Below, one piece after another: positions 12,784 through 30,507 of a stretch of DNA of 64,000 nucleotides. The number at the start of each line of letters is the position of its first letter. Positions within the stretch are counted from its first letter, which is position 1. Both the position numbers and the translations under genes were made by a program. The notes beneath the pieces are model-generated. The model was given only the letters and a program-made list of their open reading frames with translations, had not been told where the DNA came from and made no database searches. The DNA comes from the human T2T-CHM13v2.0 reference genome, Homo sapiens, in the NCBI RefSeq assembly GCF_009914755.1, contig NC_060930.1, one strand, 5' to 3'.

Positions 12784-15700
12784 TTATGTATTTTATTGAT
12801 TTTGTTTAATTACCAGAGTAATACCTGCCCATAACAAGCCAAACAATAAAAGGTATGTCATGCAACTATTAATAATCTTCTCTTTTTCCTTCCTATGATA
12901 TTCAATATGATCAAGACAGGAGTGAATCATTTCACTCTCCTTTATGATCAAAGAGACATGAAACTTTTATCTAAGTGTGTGTTAACCTAATGAGAAGATA
13001 TGAAATGTTTCATTTAGCATCTTAATTTTTTTCCACTTAATAAATCATGGATACTCCCCAAATTCATTAACAAATAATAATTAAGAAGTTTGGTTAAGGA
13101 TAATCTCCCAGAACATAATCAAATCTAAGTGATAAAATCAGTTTGGGCCTGAAAAGCTCTATCCAACCTCTTCAGAGGGTATCTTCATTCAACATGGTCT
13201 GCTTCTCAAAAAGGGAAATAGAGAAAAAAAGAGAAAGGCAACAACAGGGGAGGAAAACTAGGCCAAACTTCTATTCATCTTGGCTCTTTCCCATCTTCAC
13301 CCTCTTTGAGTCATCCATTAATTGATCATATTATATATTACTTATAGGATATGTCAGACTCTGGACCAGGTAGAGCTCCCCCAACTCATGGGAGCTCATC
13401 ATCTTAAAGGGCAGCAAGTTTGAAGAAACCTAAAAAAAAAAACTGGTAAATTTGATTACAGGCTCACATGAACCATGTAGTAAAGTAGTCTTCTCATTAC
13501 TAAAGACTTCTCAACCCTAACACTAAATTGCTGGTTTTATGGAATTCCTTTAGATGCACTATGACTCAACATTGAAACCACTGATAAAAATTTCATATTT
13601 TAAGAGTCTCTTATCAAAAGCTGTCAAGTGTCATCATAAGACATTTTATATCATAATCCCAAGCCTCTAAGCATAGTGTGTGACACATGGCAGGTGATCA
13701 ATGGTTGCTCGGTAGATAAGAAAAAGCAACACAAACAAAAAATGACACATATCTCCTTGTAGAAAAACTAACCAGTGGTATAATGTCAGTCTAAAACATA
13801 CTTGAGAAATGTAATACAGATTTTTTAGTGAAAGAATATGAAGCAAACTTATATGTAGATTACTTTTCCCTAAAATATTTTGGTATGCAAAACCAAAACT
13901 GACAGCTAAAGTTCTGACATGATCTGAACAAGATAAAGATTACCTGGTCTTAGGGAAATTTAAGGAAGGATTCCTATAAATGAGATGACAGATGAAGCAT
14001 AAATAGAAATATGTAATGAAGAAGCTTAACAGCTTCCTAAAATTCTTCCTTAATTTAGTTCAAGAAAAAGAAACCAGAGGTATTCATGCAAAATTTTTAA
14101 ATGCTGTGGTATTACATCCTTAGCTGGTACTAACACATCTGAAGTCATCTGTGGTATAAGAGTCAAGAAACATCACTTTGCAAATGTTCTGACTATGGTC
14201 AGCACAGATAAAGTGAATTTATTGCTGTGGTCAAACTGAAATTTTCCACTTCATTTTCTGAAGTTTGGTTGTTATTATTATGGAACTCAAAAACTCAGAG
14301 CCTCCTTTCACTTTCTAGCAGGTGATACTCAAAATGGGGTTGATATGTAAAAGAGCCTCTCTAAGACTAACACTTCTGTGTCAGGAGTCTAATGTGATTA
14401 TATGTGAATTATTTGGGGCAGTAGGAAGAATGGAGAGTAGAGAAGGAAAGAGAAATGAGTAGAATACCATAAGAGATCCCAACAATAAAGAGACTTCAGT
14501 TAAGAAGCCAAGCAAAAACTGAATTTGCCAATATTCCTTGAGTCCAAAAACACAAAAATTGTTCTCATGACTTTAAGAAAAAATTAAGATAAGCAAATCA
14601 GCAGCAGCAAGCAAGCATCATGAGACAAGTCTTAGAATGAATATGCATCAATGAGATAAGTATGTCATCAATGCATTGAAGTGCTTTTTTTTGGTAGAAA
14701 AGAAATAACTCTGTATTTGGTGGTAAAATGAGGTAAAGCAAGGTGTTGTCTCTGAGATCAGATAAATTTTACAAGAAAATAGAGGTCCCTCTGTATTTTA
14801 TTTTTCAAGGTATAATCTTTACTATTAGATAAAACACATGACTAGTGGGAAGAAAAAAAGACACTGTAAATTTATCTATTTTATATAAATAACTTAGGGA
14901 TACAAAGAACTGGCACTATAAGGAAGAGCACTAATAGATTCCTTGTCAGATATCAGGTAACATAGGCACATTAATATGATTCTGTAATTTAAAGGGTTCC
15001 AAGCAGCAATCTGAAAGTTAGAAAAAAAACTCTTTCGACTAGCACTTTTTCAAATAGAATTCTACTGTAATACCTGAAAATGGCATGCTTGTTTCCAACT
15101 ATTTCACAAGGTAAAAATGTAACTTAAGCAAATATCAAGGAAGCTTAAAATAAAGTGAAACAACTTTCTATGTCTAAAAGACACAAATAAATGTTTTATA
15201 ACTTCTTTAACTTAGCTTGACATAGTTTTTGGAATTAAATTACCTATATAAAAATTTACTCATAAATGGTTTTAGATACACACTTTAAAAACCAGCAAGA
15301 ACCTATCACACGAATCATTACTTTAAAACTAAATAATACCAAACTGGTATATATTTAGGTCTGCCAATCCTTCATCAAACGACGAAGACATTAAAATACC
15401 TGTTGTTAATATGACTACACAAAGAGAAGTCAATTCCTTTAAAGAGGAAGAAGGTGATGAATTAAACTTAACAGTGATGAATTAAGCTTAGCATTGATTA
15501 TTTGAGAAATTTTGGCAAATGTTTTAGATAGTAGGCAAAAATTAGTCAAGCAATTTATAAGCAAAACACTAATAATCATTTACATTTTATTGTATCAGTC
15601 AATAAGATGAGTAAATTGTAAATCCAATTTTAAATATAACAACTAACTGAAAAGATGACATCAGAAATCCAGAGCCTGCCTTTCTGACCCTCTAGAAACA

Positions 15701-17479
15701 AGAAGTCCAAAAGATTCCACTGTGTGAAGAAAAAAAAAGTATACTCTTTAAAATGGGAGCTATTAACTCAGGGCCCATGGAGAAGCTTTAAAGGATCTTC
15801 AAACCACCTAAAATCACATGCAATTTGGAGTATGTTTTTATTCTTTTGGGGGTGGAGGGGTGGGGCGGGGGAGGGAGTATACAGGTCTTGAGCCTTCACC
15901 TGAAAGGAACATGCTATCTAGAAAAGATGTGAACACTATTACACTTGGTTCTTTGTGCTTTCAACATATGAAAAGTCTCCTAAGTAAAAAGGCAGAAAAA
16001 ATTGAACAGGTAACTACCCATTTAATGCTTCAAAGTAGCAAACTGTCTGGGATCCTTAATGTCAGTGCCTGTTTCCCTGCCTGAAACTCATGGGTGAATG
16101 CCACACACTATGCATAAAGTAGCCTTGAGTAGGTGAATTTGGCAATAATAAGCACACTTCATAGCTTCCCTAACATTAAAAAAAAAAAAAAAAGGCAAAC
16201 TGTAAAAAATCCACCATTCTGAGACCACTTTTTCCTAATCTAGAGAGACTGATGGCAATCCTTTTCCAATCATGATAAATGCTATTACCCAAAGCATTCA
16301 CACGATCTCTAAAGTACAAAAGGCCTTCTAGGATGTAGATACTACATTTTGTGCTGGAACAACAGATTCTACTCTTCAAAATATTATGTTTTAATAAAAG
16401 AAACCAAAAAAATCAAGATCTAAGTAGACAAGCAGAAGCACTAGCGCACTCAGTTTCGAGGAGTGGACCAGAGAAGAATTCATCTGCCAGTATGCTTCTT
16501 TCTCATGTGTTTTTCTTCTGTTTTAATAGTATGCTTGAACTGATGCCATATGAATACACTTTGTAACTTATGGTTACAAAGCTGGCTGAAAAGATTAGAT
16601 TTTCCTGGACCAGGTAGGAGGTTCCAGAGAGGGAAGGGCTGGGGAAAGGAGGGATAAAGGCAGCCTTTTCCAATCTTCAAGGGCTCTCTTTTCCATGCCA
16701 CAGGTGAAACTATCTTTTTCAAATTAGTTTTTTGCATCACTAGGTCCAGGAGGGCTTCTGCAGCCAGCTTAGCTCCCCGGGGTTGCCTAGTTAGCTCACT
16801 GACCATTGTCCCAAGAGTAACAGCCCTACTCTACAAGATGACCCCTGAACTTCAGAAAATGTATCTCTGTTTGCTGGCTGAAGTCTGATCCTACTAGATA
16901 CTTTCCCACACCTTCTGTTTCTCTCTCCTCCTTCCCCTGACTAAGTGGCTATTGCCTAATGCCAGATCTCAGCTTTGACCATGGTAGCTCCAGCTCCAGC
17001 CTTTGGTCTTTAGGGCTGGTGCCAGGCCTTTAGGTAGTCCCTTAGTGCTGGTGCTTTCTGAAATCTGTCACCACGCTGGCCTCTCAGCTCTCTGCCCGGC
17101 AGTGCTGTTTTACCCATGGCTCTGCTGGGTTTCAATCACTTTAAGTAGCACTTTGGGGTTTGCAGACTTTTTTCTGCCTTCTAAAAATGGCATTTATGCT
17201 ATTTTTTTTAATTTTTTAATTTTCCCTGTTGTTGTATACGTTTTCCAGTAAGAAAAGGGGTTTTTGAATCTGAACTATAAGTTACAGATTGTGACAATAC
17301 AACCATGCAGGCAAAAGCCTTCCTCTGAGAGAAAAGGAGAATCTGAAAGGTAGCTAGACCACACATTTCACCTCTTCGAAACACATAGTATTATTCATAT
17401 TCACTTAGGGAATGACTTTCCAATGTCTGTGACCTCTAGAGGAAGGAAGATGAAATCATCTTAAAATATTATGAGGATT

Positions 17480-17813
<334 letters not shown>

Positions 17814-17960
17814 TCAAACTGGACCGAGGCTGAGAGAGAGAATATAAAGAAGGAAAATGAGGCCAAAACAGGTACAACATCTGAACTCCTTTTAGAACGC
17901 AAGCTAAAGCTGCAGTTATCCAATATATAATTGTATTGTAATGTTTAAGATCATACAGAT

Positions 17961-18264
17961 CAGTGCTGTTTAATAGTGCTATCTAGAAATACAAGCACAT
18001 ATATAATTTTAGATTTTGTAGTAGTCATATTAAAAAAGATGAATTTTAATAATACATTGTATTTAACTGTATGTTCTAAAACATTATTTCAACATAGCAA
18101 TACATATCAGTTATCAGTGAGATATTTTACATTCTTTCTTTTTGCATCAAATCTTCAAAATGTGGTGTGTTATTTTATGCTTACAGCACATCTCACTACA
18201 GTCTAGTCACATTTCAAGTGCTCAACAGCTACACATCATTAGTGGCTACCATATTGGAAAGTAC
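17961..18264. mobile_element. MER33/MER3-like hAT DNA transposon
   Basis: Starts 'cagtgctgtttaatag' and ends 'catttcaagtgctcaacagc..agtggctaccatattgga'. Confidence 0.75.
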
Positions 18265-18564
18265 AAACAGAATTAAGAAACTATTTTAACTCTATCTTTC
18301 AGTCAGCTTGCCATTTCTCTATTATATGTTTCCCTCATTCAGCCTTGTACTGTTACAGAAATGAGCATATACAAAGAAGTTATGCTAGAAACTGTAAGTA
18401 GTGTATTGTTTGTATATAAACAAATGCAATTGAAATTGCTTAATGATTCTTTGAAAGATTTTGTTTTTCTCTTAGCAAGGCTAAACATATTTTTTGAAAT
18501 GTATGTATAATTATTGATTTGTTAAGCAAGTTGCTCCACAAAGTCAATACAGAGGTGAACTTTG

Positions 18565-18675
18565 GAGCTGGGTGCAGTAGACTGCACCTATAGTCCCAGC
18601 TACTCCGGAAGCTGAGGCTGGAGGATCCCTGGGCAACATAGCAAGTCCCTGTCTCTCAAACAAACAAACAAAAAA
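18565..18675 (+). mobile_element. Monomeric Alu (FLAM/FAM-like) with deletion
   Basis: 'gcacctatagtcccagctactc..ggaggatc' joined to 'cctgggcaacatagcaag' and an (AAAC)n tail. Confidence 0.8.
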
Positions 18676-20761
18676 TAGTGAATTTCTATTCAACCAGTGT
18701 GCACACCACATTTGGACTTCCAAAAGGGTCTGATCTAAAAGTGTAAGGTTTTATCATACATATGTATTTAAATATACTGTATGTTGTCTAGCAGTTAAGA
18801 CAATTGCCTTTATCTGCCTAAAATCCTAAGTAGTTCTTAAAAGAAATCATGACTAATGGACTTATTATACTAAAGAAAGGGAACGAAATATAACAATTTA
18901 AAAATGATATCTGCATTAAAATGGTTATTTATTAGACATTAGATTTTAACTGTCCTTCAGATCTTTTCCAAGCATGATATTTAAAACTCTTCTCTTTTTA
19001 AAATGCTGCCTTGCAACCACATCAACCTAACGGTGAAGCACAACCTGTTCATAACTACTGGTAAATAGAGTTCTAGAAAGCAAATGATCCCTGAAAGGCC
19101 ACATTTCCATTGAATAATAAGACCACAGTACTTTGTACTATCCTATTGTACAAATGTAAGGAGCATAACAAAATGACATCAGTGAAAATAAAATTTTATA
19201 GAAAAATGACAAATGCTCTCTTTTTGTATGAGGTAAGAAAAAAATTATATAGCTTTCCAAACACTCAAAATTGTAAACCAAGAAACATATTTCACAGTGA
19301 TTTTTTTTAAAGTTAGACTATCTTTAGTAAATTGTTCTTGGCTTAAAATTAAAAGGCCAGACATTACTAATGGACTTAAATGTTTTCTTGAGTGGAACTG
19401 GAAATCCTTTCCAATTCACAATATGTTTTCAACTATAAACCATTTTACTTGTTTCCTTCATTTCTAATTTCAAATGAACAGAAAATCTAGTCTTGTTCTT
19501 AAATAATCTCTAGAGACAAATTTAATCTTTCAACATCCAGTCTTTGAATATTTTGTGCAAATAAACCCAAACTACTAATATTTCATTCAAAATAAAAAGC
19601 TTCACTTTTAAATTGTAGTGCTGACATCTAGAAATTTGCTTTTCAATAATGATCTGTCAACAGTACATACTTAGTTATTATTCATTTATAACTTTTCTCA
19701 TAATTACATCTTCCAATTATTTAGGAACACCTGAAGACACCTTACCAAGAATTAGATACTAGTGAAGAGCTTAGTTCCAATCTTGACAATTTATACAATC
19801 CAGTCTATTTGCTCAAACATACACTGCATATTCTAAGAAATGTAGTTACTGTTCAGTAATATTATATAACATGTATTATTAGTTCCATATTAATAAAAGT
19901 GTTCTTAACCAAACTAATCTTGGTGTAGTACTTTACAGTTATATAGACTCCCTTTACAAACACACATTATACCTCATTTAATCTATATAACAATTCCATG
20001 CAATTCTGCTTAGTGGGTCTTAGACTATCAATGTACTTTGGATAATATTAACTTGCTACATCTTAAATTAATAGGTTTGAGGTAGCATGTTCACGCCCAC
20101 TTGCAGAGAGTCAGCCTTTACCGCTAAGGAGTTTAAGAATTTTTAGTAACTGCAAATACATGAACATAGCAACCATACTGATAAATACCTACACGGATAA
20201 ACTATTAAATGGACAGGCAGTAAGGAGCATTTGTTAGTTCACTCATTCACCCATTTACTCATTTTTTGAGCACCTATTGTGTGGTAGGCACTGTTATAGT
20301 TGGATTGGATATCTAAATGGCATTTATTAGAATGGAATTTATATTTAGAAGTAATTGAGAAATGATAATCTATTTTTACCATGAGAAATTAAGACTACTG
20401 GGAAAACAATCTAACTAGGTGAAGTACACTATTAATAGAAAGTAAAACTAAAAATGAATCTATAATTTGATAGTCTAAAGAGAAGCAAGCTGGAATAAAA
20501 ACAAAATCAACATATCCACACCAAAGGACCAGATATCAGAAAGGGGTCACATGTTGATCTTTCCTTTAGGGGGATAAATTTAATCTAAAACATGTACTTG
20601 AGAATAGGCAAAGTGTAAAACACTTCATTACACACTGTGAGGATCAAGTAAACAGCTCATATAAGGCAAAATAAAATAAATGCTAATAATCAAATACTAT
20701 GGGACTTCAAACATAGGAAGAATTAATTTGGACTCGGGAAATAAAAGGTATAATAAATAGG

Positions 20762-21060
20762 TTGTGTTGTTTTTTAAAAATAGAGTCCCACTCTGTCATC
20801 CAGACTGGAATGCAGTGGTGTGATCATAGCTCACTGCAGCTTTGAATTCCTGGACTCCAGCGATCCTCCCACCTCAGCCTTCCAAGTAGCTAGGACTACA
20901 GGCACATATCACCATGTCCAGCTAATTTTCTGGTTACTTTTTGTAGAGATAGGGTCTCACCATGTTGCCCACCAGGCTGGCCTCAAATTCCTGTCCTCAT
21001 GTGATCCTCCTACCTTGGCCTCCCAAAATGCTAGGACTGTAAGCACAAGCTGGTGTGCCT
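20762..21060 (-). mobile_element. AluJ
   Basis: Antisense Alu, 'gatcatagctcactgcagc' and 'gatcctcccacctcagcc'. Confidence 0.92.
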
Positions 21061-21511
21061 GATAATACTTTAGTTTTATTATAGGCATTGCTAATCTTAG
21101 ATAACTGAGCTATGGTCTCTAATTTTAAACTTCTTTAGTATCACCTCAAACTGAGTCATTTTAAAGAAAATACTCAATGTGAAAAACAGAAGCCGCTGAC
21201 TGAAAAAGCAATACATTATGACCCAGCTTTATCTGATGTTGACTTGAATTTTAATAGAGTGCAAAAAGAGAATCTCAGGAATAGGAGAAAGTGTGAAAAA
21301 GAAAAATCACAAAAGAAATCTCCATGATGTTACAATACAAATGAATTGCTACATCAGGATGCTAACTCTCAAAGACAATCCTGCAAATGTGCTTCCATAA
21401 TCAACATATTTAGCAGAATAAGAGATGAATCTAGAATTCAGGCCCTTAATTTTGAGTGGTAACTTTTCCCCAACATATAACAAACTACTCTAAAAAGAAA
21501 CTATATCTATA

Positions 21512-21856
21512 TGTTATGGGCTGCATGTTTGTGTTCCCTCAAGTCATGTGTTCAAACCCTAACCCTCAAAGAGATGGTATGAGGTGGTGGGGCCTTTGTG
21601 ATGCAATTAAGTCATGAGAGTAGAATCCTCATGATGGGATTAATGCCTTTATATGAGACTCAATAACACTTGCTTCCTTTCTCTCTGCCATGTGAGGGTA
21701 CAACAAGAAGGCTGCCATATGGAAACCAGGACCAGAACCTGACCATGCTGGCACCCTAATTTTGAACTTCCCATCCTCTAAAACTATGAAAAGTAGGTAT
21801 CTGTTGTTTAAGTTACCCAGTCTATGGTATTCTTATTATAGCAGCCCAATCTGACA
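21512..21856 (+). mobile_element. MLT1A-like solo MaLR LTR
   Basis: TG...CA termini, 'tgttatgggctgcatgtttgtg', and 5-bp TSD CTATA/CTGTA. Confidence 0.85.
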
Positions 21857-22439
21857 CTGTATTTAGATAAATATTTAAATGCATTTAAACTAAGGGGGAA
21901 GGCAAAGATGAAATGAAAATTAAATAAGCCTGTTCCCAAATTCCAATTATTTCACACAACAGTATTCTTTCACATGGTAGCATCGATAGTTTATAAACCT
22001 ATCCCAAATTTTCAGTGTCTTATATTGTGTATGTATATATAAAGTGCAGATATAGAATATATCTAATGACAAGTATATGTACTATATTTATGTTTGTTAT
22101 ATACGTATCACATTTTTCTTTACATTGTAAAAAATTAAATGGAATTGTTTATTTTCAAATAACCGCCATATTTCTTAACAAGAAAATATTTTTTTAAAAT
22201 TATTGTCTTGTATTACGGGCTTTTTATTACGCTACATATGAAACAGGAGATATGATAATGATTTAACATTCTTGATGCATCAGACTGAAAAATTAGATAT
22301 TTACAGACCATGTCTATAACAAAATTCTAATTGGATAATCTTTTCTTCCCCCTTGCTCTCATTGTGAAAGATATATAAATTTAATTTGGTTACGGGCACG
22401 GTCTATTGGGCTAAGCACAGGATGGTGGTTAAAGAAAAC

Positions 22440-22620
22440 ATTTAGAGTTCCAATCTTGGTCTGTTGTTCCACTTCCAATCTCAATGCACTGAATGCTCTT
22501 GGATAAGTCATAAACTAAATGACTTTTCTTGATTTCCTCATCTATAAAATGGAAATAACTGTCTTACCTCCCGAAGATACACTACTTAGATTAATTAATA
22601 ACTGGGTAAAATACTGTGAA
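22440..22620 (+). mobile_element. MIR fragment
   Basis: 'ttggataagtca..tttcctcatctataaaatggaaataac'. Confidence 0.7.
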
Positions 22621-22857
22621 AAAGAAAGTGATGAAAGTGTTCCATGAAATTATAACTTAAAATTAAGTCATTATTGAAACTGACCTTTTAAAAAATATGT
22701 TGCTTGCATGGTTTGTCTCCCTAGTCATTGTCCACAGGACTCTGAGAGGCTGTGGGAATATGAAGCAAGACATGAGGCCAAGTTTTATCTCCAACATTGT
22801 GTAAAGGGACTGTACATCACGGGACACAGCCCTAGCTAACCTAAGCCACCTGGATAA

Positions 22858-23194
<337 letters not shown>

Positions 23195-23230
23195 TAAAAG
23201 TACTTTTTAAAAGTACTTTTAAAAATGTAA

Positions 23231-25429
<2,199 letters not shown>

Positions 25430-25984
25430 TGTAAACTGAGCACTCATTCCATTTGTGAAAAGATCACCTGACTCATTTGAAACTTTATCTTTCAGGGTGT
25501 GGGACAGCCTCAAAATAAGTGAGAACTTATGGTTTAGAATAGAAAGCCTCCACTGGCTCCACAAAGGAGCTATAGTGTAGTAATACAACACCAGACTCAT
25601 TTAATCTACAGCACTAGAAGAATTAAAAGATAAATGATCATCCAAAATGAATTTCATGTAACAATCCTAAAAGACTGAGGTTATTGTTCAATATAATACT
25701 TTTTATCTTTCCTCCTCTAAATTATAAATTGTTTACTAAAGGTGTAGAAATTGTTGATTTGAAAATTAATTTGGTAGAACTGCTTTAGGTGTTTATTTTA
25801 CTCACCTCTTCCTTTCTCAAATCACAAAGATCTCAGATGGATACAAATATCTCAAGAAATACGCACCTATTTTTGATTTCAATTCAACAAGTAATTAGTG
25901 AGCAACTACAGTGTCAACTCTTCTTAGGTTATGCATAATATAACTTTTGTAAATTAAATTATATGTTCCTGCAAAACTGTTTTC

Positions 25985-26425
25985 AGAAGAAGGAGAGAAG
26001 GTGGCAGTCTGACAAGGGAGCTCAGGATCCAAGGAACAAAATGATGATCAATACTTTGGGTTTTCTTTTTGTCTCATGTATTTCAGACTGGATACTGGAG
26101 ACACCAGCAACGCAAAAACGCCAATGGAGGAGACCCAGAAAAGAAAAGCCCCAAGAAAAGCATGCCCTCTCTATCCAGGAAGCGGGCAGCCTAGCAAGAC
26201 AGAAGCTTTTCGACAATAACCACTCCACTCTAGCTAACCACCACAGAAAAAAACAGCAGCCCACCCCCACCAACCCTGCCAGCAAAGGCCAAGTGGTGAA
26301 GCTAGATGTCCATCCTCTGTAGGCTGTAAAAAGAAGTCCCAATCTTCTGCTGGGGTAGAAACAGAGAAGGCTGAGTGGGGGAGCCACCCACAAAGATATC
26401 AGTGAAGACCAAGAGGAGACCATTC
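25985..26425 (+). mobile_element. Probable old L1M 5' UTR fragment
   Basis: GC-richer island resembling L1M 5' regions, by recollection only. Confidence 0.4.
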
Positions 26426-26563
26426 AACTTCACTCCTAGGTTAATTCTCTTCAATAGTAGCTGCTACTGAATTAATCTGGCCAGGAGGCAAAGTAGGGCA
26501 AGAATAGAGTGTATTACAGAAATTCACAAGAAAGTGCTAACTCGCCATTTAAGTACTGTTTAT

Positions 26564-26867
26564 AGCTAGGTGTGGTGACTCATGCCTGTAATCTTAGCAC
26601 TTTGGGAGGCAGGCGGATTACTTGAGGCCAGGAGTTCGAGACCAGCCTAGCCAACATGGGGAAACCTCATCTCTACTAAAAACACAAAAATCAGCCGGGC
26701 GTAGTGGCACATGCCTGTAATCCTAGCTACTTAGGAGGCTGAGGCACGAGAATCACTTGAACCCAGGAGGTGGAGGTTATAGTGAGCCAAGATTGTGCCA
26801 CTGCACTCCGGCCTAGGCAACAGAGTGAGACTGTCTCTCAAAAAAAAAAAAAAAGAAAGGAAAAAAA
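26564..26867 (+). mobile_element. AluS (Sx/Sz-like)
   Basis: Full dimer with TSD AAGTACTGTTTATA(G). Confidence 0.95.
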
Positions 26868-29419
26868 AGTACTGTTTATAGAGCTCCTATTGTTACAAGG
26901 CACTAGGCTGGAGAAATGGAAGGAAAGATATGTTAATAGATGGGGGCTGACAAAAATTAAAAAAAATAAAGTAGTGTCTACTGATCTTTTAATTCAAGCC
27001 TATGATTTGCCCTAATGACAAGACTATATCATAAAAATGAGTTCATATAAGAAAAAAATGGGTATAACAAAAGAAAAATACTTTAAAGAGGTTTGGAGCC
27101 CCTTCTATTTTATTTCTTATTTGTATTTATATTATTTTATTATTATTCCTAATCAGACTGAAGTTGCAACATTTCTGTATATGCTTAAAGTCACATAGAA
27201 ATGTATGCTGCCAACTCTTTTGCTATCTTCCAATTAGGAAAAAAATAAATGAACCACAGCGAAGAAGTAGATTATATGAGGAAAACCTTTAAAAATTAGT
27301 GGAAGAGAGGATACAGAGTATCCAAAACCAGATGTTTAGTTGATATATTTCTTTTAAAATATACGTTCACAAATCTCATTGCAACAGAAGGCTATCCCTT
27401 TTCATAGTATAAAAATGGTTAAAAGCAATGATACATATTTAGAGTTACAAAAAATAAACATCTAAGTAAAGCAGTTTCAAGCCTAATGTACAAGTTATTT
27501 GGATAAGAAAATGGGCATTAAGAAAATAGCAGACTTGAGATTTAGGTTCACTAGGACCACTTAGTGTAAGTGTATTACTGGCAAATTCAATAGCCTTAGA
27601 GAGGTCATCATGGTTAGCCTTCTTCAATCCCTCTGCCTAGAATACTGCAAGGTATCAATAAATGCTTACTTAATGAAGGAATGCCACATTTGACATTTGG
27701 CTTTCCCTTCACTTAGCTTCCGTGAAACTTTTCTGACTGCCTCGAAAATCACAGGCTATCACTTGGAATTCAGTTATCTGCTATTCTTAAACAAATGTGG
27801 ACTTTTTTATTCCTTCTGTGGTTCAACTCAGACACTGCAACTTTGAACTGAAATAAATGATTCACTCTCTAGTCTAAATGTATTCAACTGGTTACTGAGA
27901 AAATTTCAGATTTATACTGCTTCTTCCAACTTGATTACAGTACTTTAATACCTGCATTCCAAATGTTAAACTACCTCTAATCCTTTACATTTGTAATAAA
28001 AACAAATACTTTACATATTTATTATTGCAACTTCCAGTGTTTACTCTGTGAAACTTATGAAGAGATTGCATTTTTACCTTGTACATTTATTCAGCTTGGC
28101 TAAAGAACTCAATTTAAATTTTATCTATATTAAAAAGCCTCTGAAATACAAGGACACTTGGTTTTCAATTTGCATTTAAAAGATGTGTATTTAACAAAAT
28201 GTTTTATTTCTTTCAAAAGAATTTAATTTGAAGTTCTCAGGGTACTTGTACCAAAGTACATATTATCATAAAAATAGGTAAGAAATTCAAAGATGACCTA
28301 ACAGAATTCCTTGTCATCTTTCTTACTTTACATATGAAGAAACAAAAAGCCATTCGTGTTTAATGATTCACCTGTCAGTACATCTACTCATTTCATCGTC
28401 CAAGAAGTGTTGAGCATCTCCAGGCTGGCATTTGGTGCACAGTAAAGAATAAAAACACATCCCTACTCTGTGGCTAGCGGTTTAGAGGAGAACTAAAACC
28501 TTGGTTGAGCTCAACTCCTAGTCTAACATGTTTCCATTGCATTGGTTATAGTCAGAATTCACTTACAAAGCATTCATTCTCCAATGGTGCATGCTAGTAA
28601 TATTTAATGGTGCCATTAATTAGATAGAATATCCTAAGTAAAAAAGTTAAACTTTTCCACTACCTATTAAAGACTTTGGGCATTATCAATATGTTACAGT
28701 TCCTATGAGATAAAATTATTATTAAATCTATACTTTTCAGATTTCAAGACCTTCACATATTTTTTCTGCCCTACCTAAACTTTACAATGATAACAAATTT
28801 CTATAGTCTTCAGCCTTTTATTATTTTCTAGCCACAATCCCTTTACCCTCACCTAAACACACACCACAATACACACATCAGACTCTAATTTTTCATACAA
28901 GTTATACCACCTCTCTGGGAACATTCTCCTGAGTCTAGTGTTCTCATCCAAACCCTGGACTTAATTAGAAAGAACGACAAAAAACTTACCCTCCCAATCA
29001 TCCTTAATTACCTAGTACTTATTACTGTTTCATTAAATTTGATCCCTAAAGCTCCAGAGATGTTAATTGCCCAGGTTGTGAATATGGTATTTGCTATGTC
29101 ATTAATGAAATTATAATTTCAAAAAAAGAATTTTTCTGATCACTTTTAAAGAAAAGTACTATCGAACAGATTAGGAATCTGGTCTACCACTTATGCAAAT
29201 ACAAAAGTACTATTTATAAGGAAAAAAAGGTAAATCTGAGTATATGATGAGTATTTAACATTCATTAAGGGTTAAGGCACGTTCTAGCTGAGAAAAGCTT
29301 CTGGAGTGGTAAAAACTGTTGGATAAAAAATTGCAAATGTTAAGGAAATCATCACACAAATAATGACGTCAAACCATGTTTTTTATGTTAGTTCAAACTT
29401 TGGATGGTATTTTAAAAAA

Positions 29420-30507
29420 TTACTTCTCTACTTCTTTCCTCTCTTGTGGTCCCAAGACACATTCTCTTCTGAACCTCTTTCCCTCTTTGGAAGTTTCCAT
29501 TCAATATAGGCATTTTATTGGCTGTTCTTCTCCTAACACCCCTTAAATATAGGTGTTACCCAGAGTTTTATCTAGAAAGGTACCTAATTTTTATATTTAT
29601 CCTAAGCAATTTAATTCACTGGTATGGTTTTAACACATATGAATTGATCACTTCCAAATCTCTACCTTAAATCCAAACTACACTCTCGATTCCAGATTAA
29701 TACATTCCACCACTTGGTGGGCAATTGTACTGATACATTCCTGTCAAAAATCAAATTAGTAATCTACTCTTATAATATTTATTACATTTTGGTTGATGAT
29801 CCCAGCCTCTCTAAAGAAGGAAGCTGGGGTTCCTCCTTGCCCCCACAACTAACCACTAAATCTAATTTTTTGTTTGTTTTTGGTCTTCCAAATTCATCCT
29901 CTTTTTTTATATATAGTAACATTTTTTCCAAGTTCTCATCATCCCTTCTCTGTCCTTTGCTTTATCATGCTTTCAGCCCACACTCTACAATGTCCTTAAC
30001 TTGACTGTACACAAATCTGATTGCTTTCCTTACCTGCTCAAATCTTTCACTGAATCCCCCAAATCTAAAAGATAATGGCTAAACTCTTCAGAATGATCTG
30101 GCCTCTACCTACTGTTTATATCTCATTATAACAACCTTCCTTACAGTCTAAGGTCCAAAAATAACAAGCCACCTACAATCTTCAAATTACTCCATGTTGT
30201 TTCAAGTCTCCACTGCCTTTAAATATTCTAGTCTGCCTGGACATACCTTCCTACCAAGTCTGTCTGATAAATTCCTATTTCTCCTTCAAAATTCAGCTCT
30301 CATGTAAATATTCTCTAATGCTTCCTTCTCCACACTAAAGTGGAGTTTTCTATCATTATCATTTCTACAATGCTACCTTTTTAAATCTTGTTTTCTCTCT
30401 ATTAGACTTAGGAACAACTAAGACATTGGCTATGTCTAAGCCACCTTGTATCCTAAGCACCTAGCACAAAGGTTGGCATACACATGCCTCAAAAATATTT
30501 ATTAAAT
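29420..30507 (+). mobile_element. L2 LINE 3' portion, highly diverged
   Basis: Pyrimidine-rich body with the typical end 'cacctagcacaaag..gcctcaaaaatatttattaaat'. Confidence 0.7.

Noticed and set aside
15454-15497. Two TGATGA (C-box-like) motifs
   Set aside because: This is a ~20-bp imperfect tandem duplication with no D box and terminal stem arrangement for a snoRNA.
25963-26423. Overlapping 119-aa and 133-aa ORFs on opposite strands
   Set aside because: No recognisable domain or splice context. They lie in a probable L1 5' UTR remnant.
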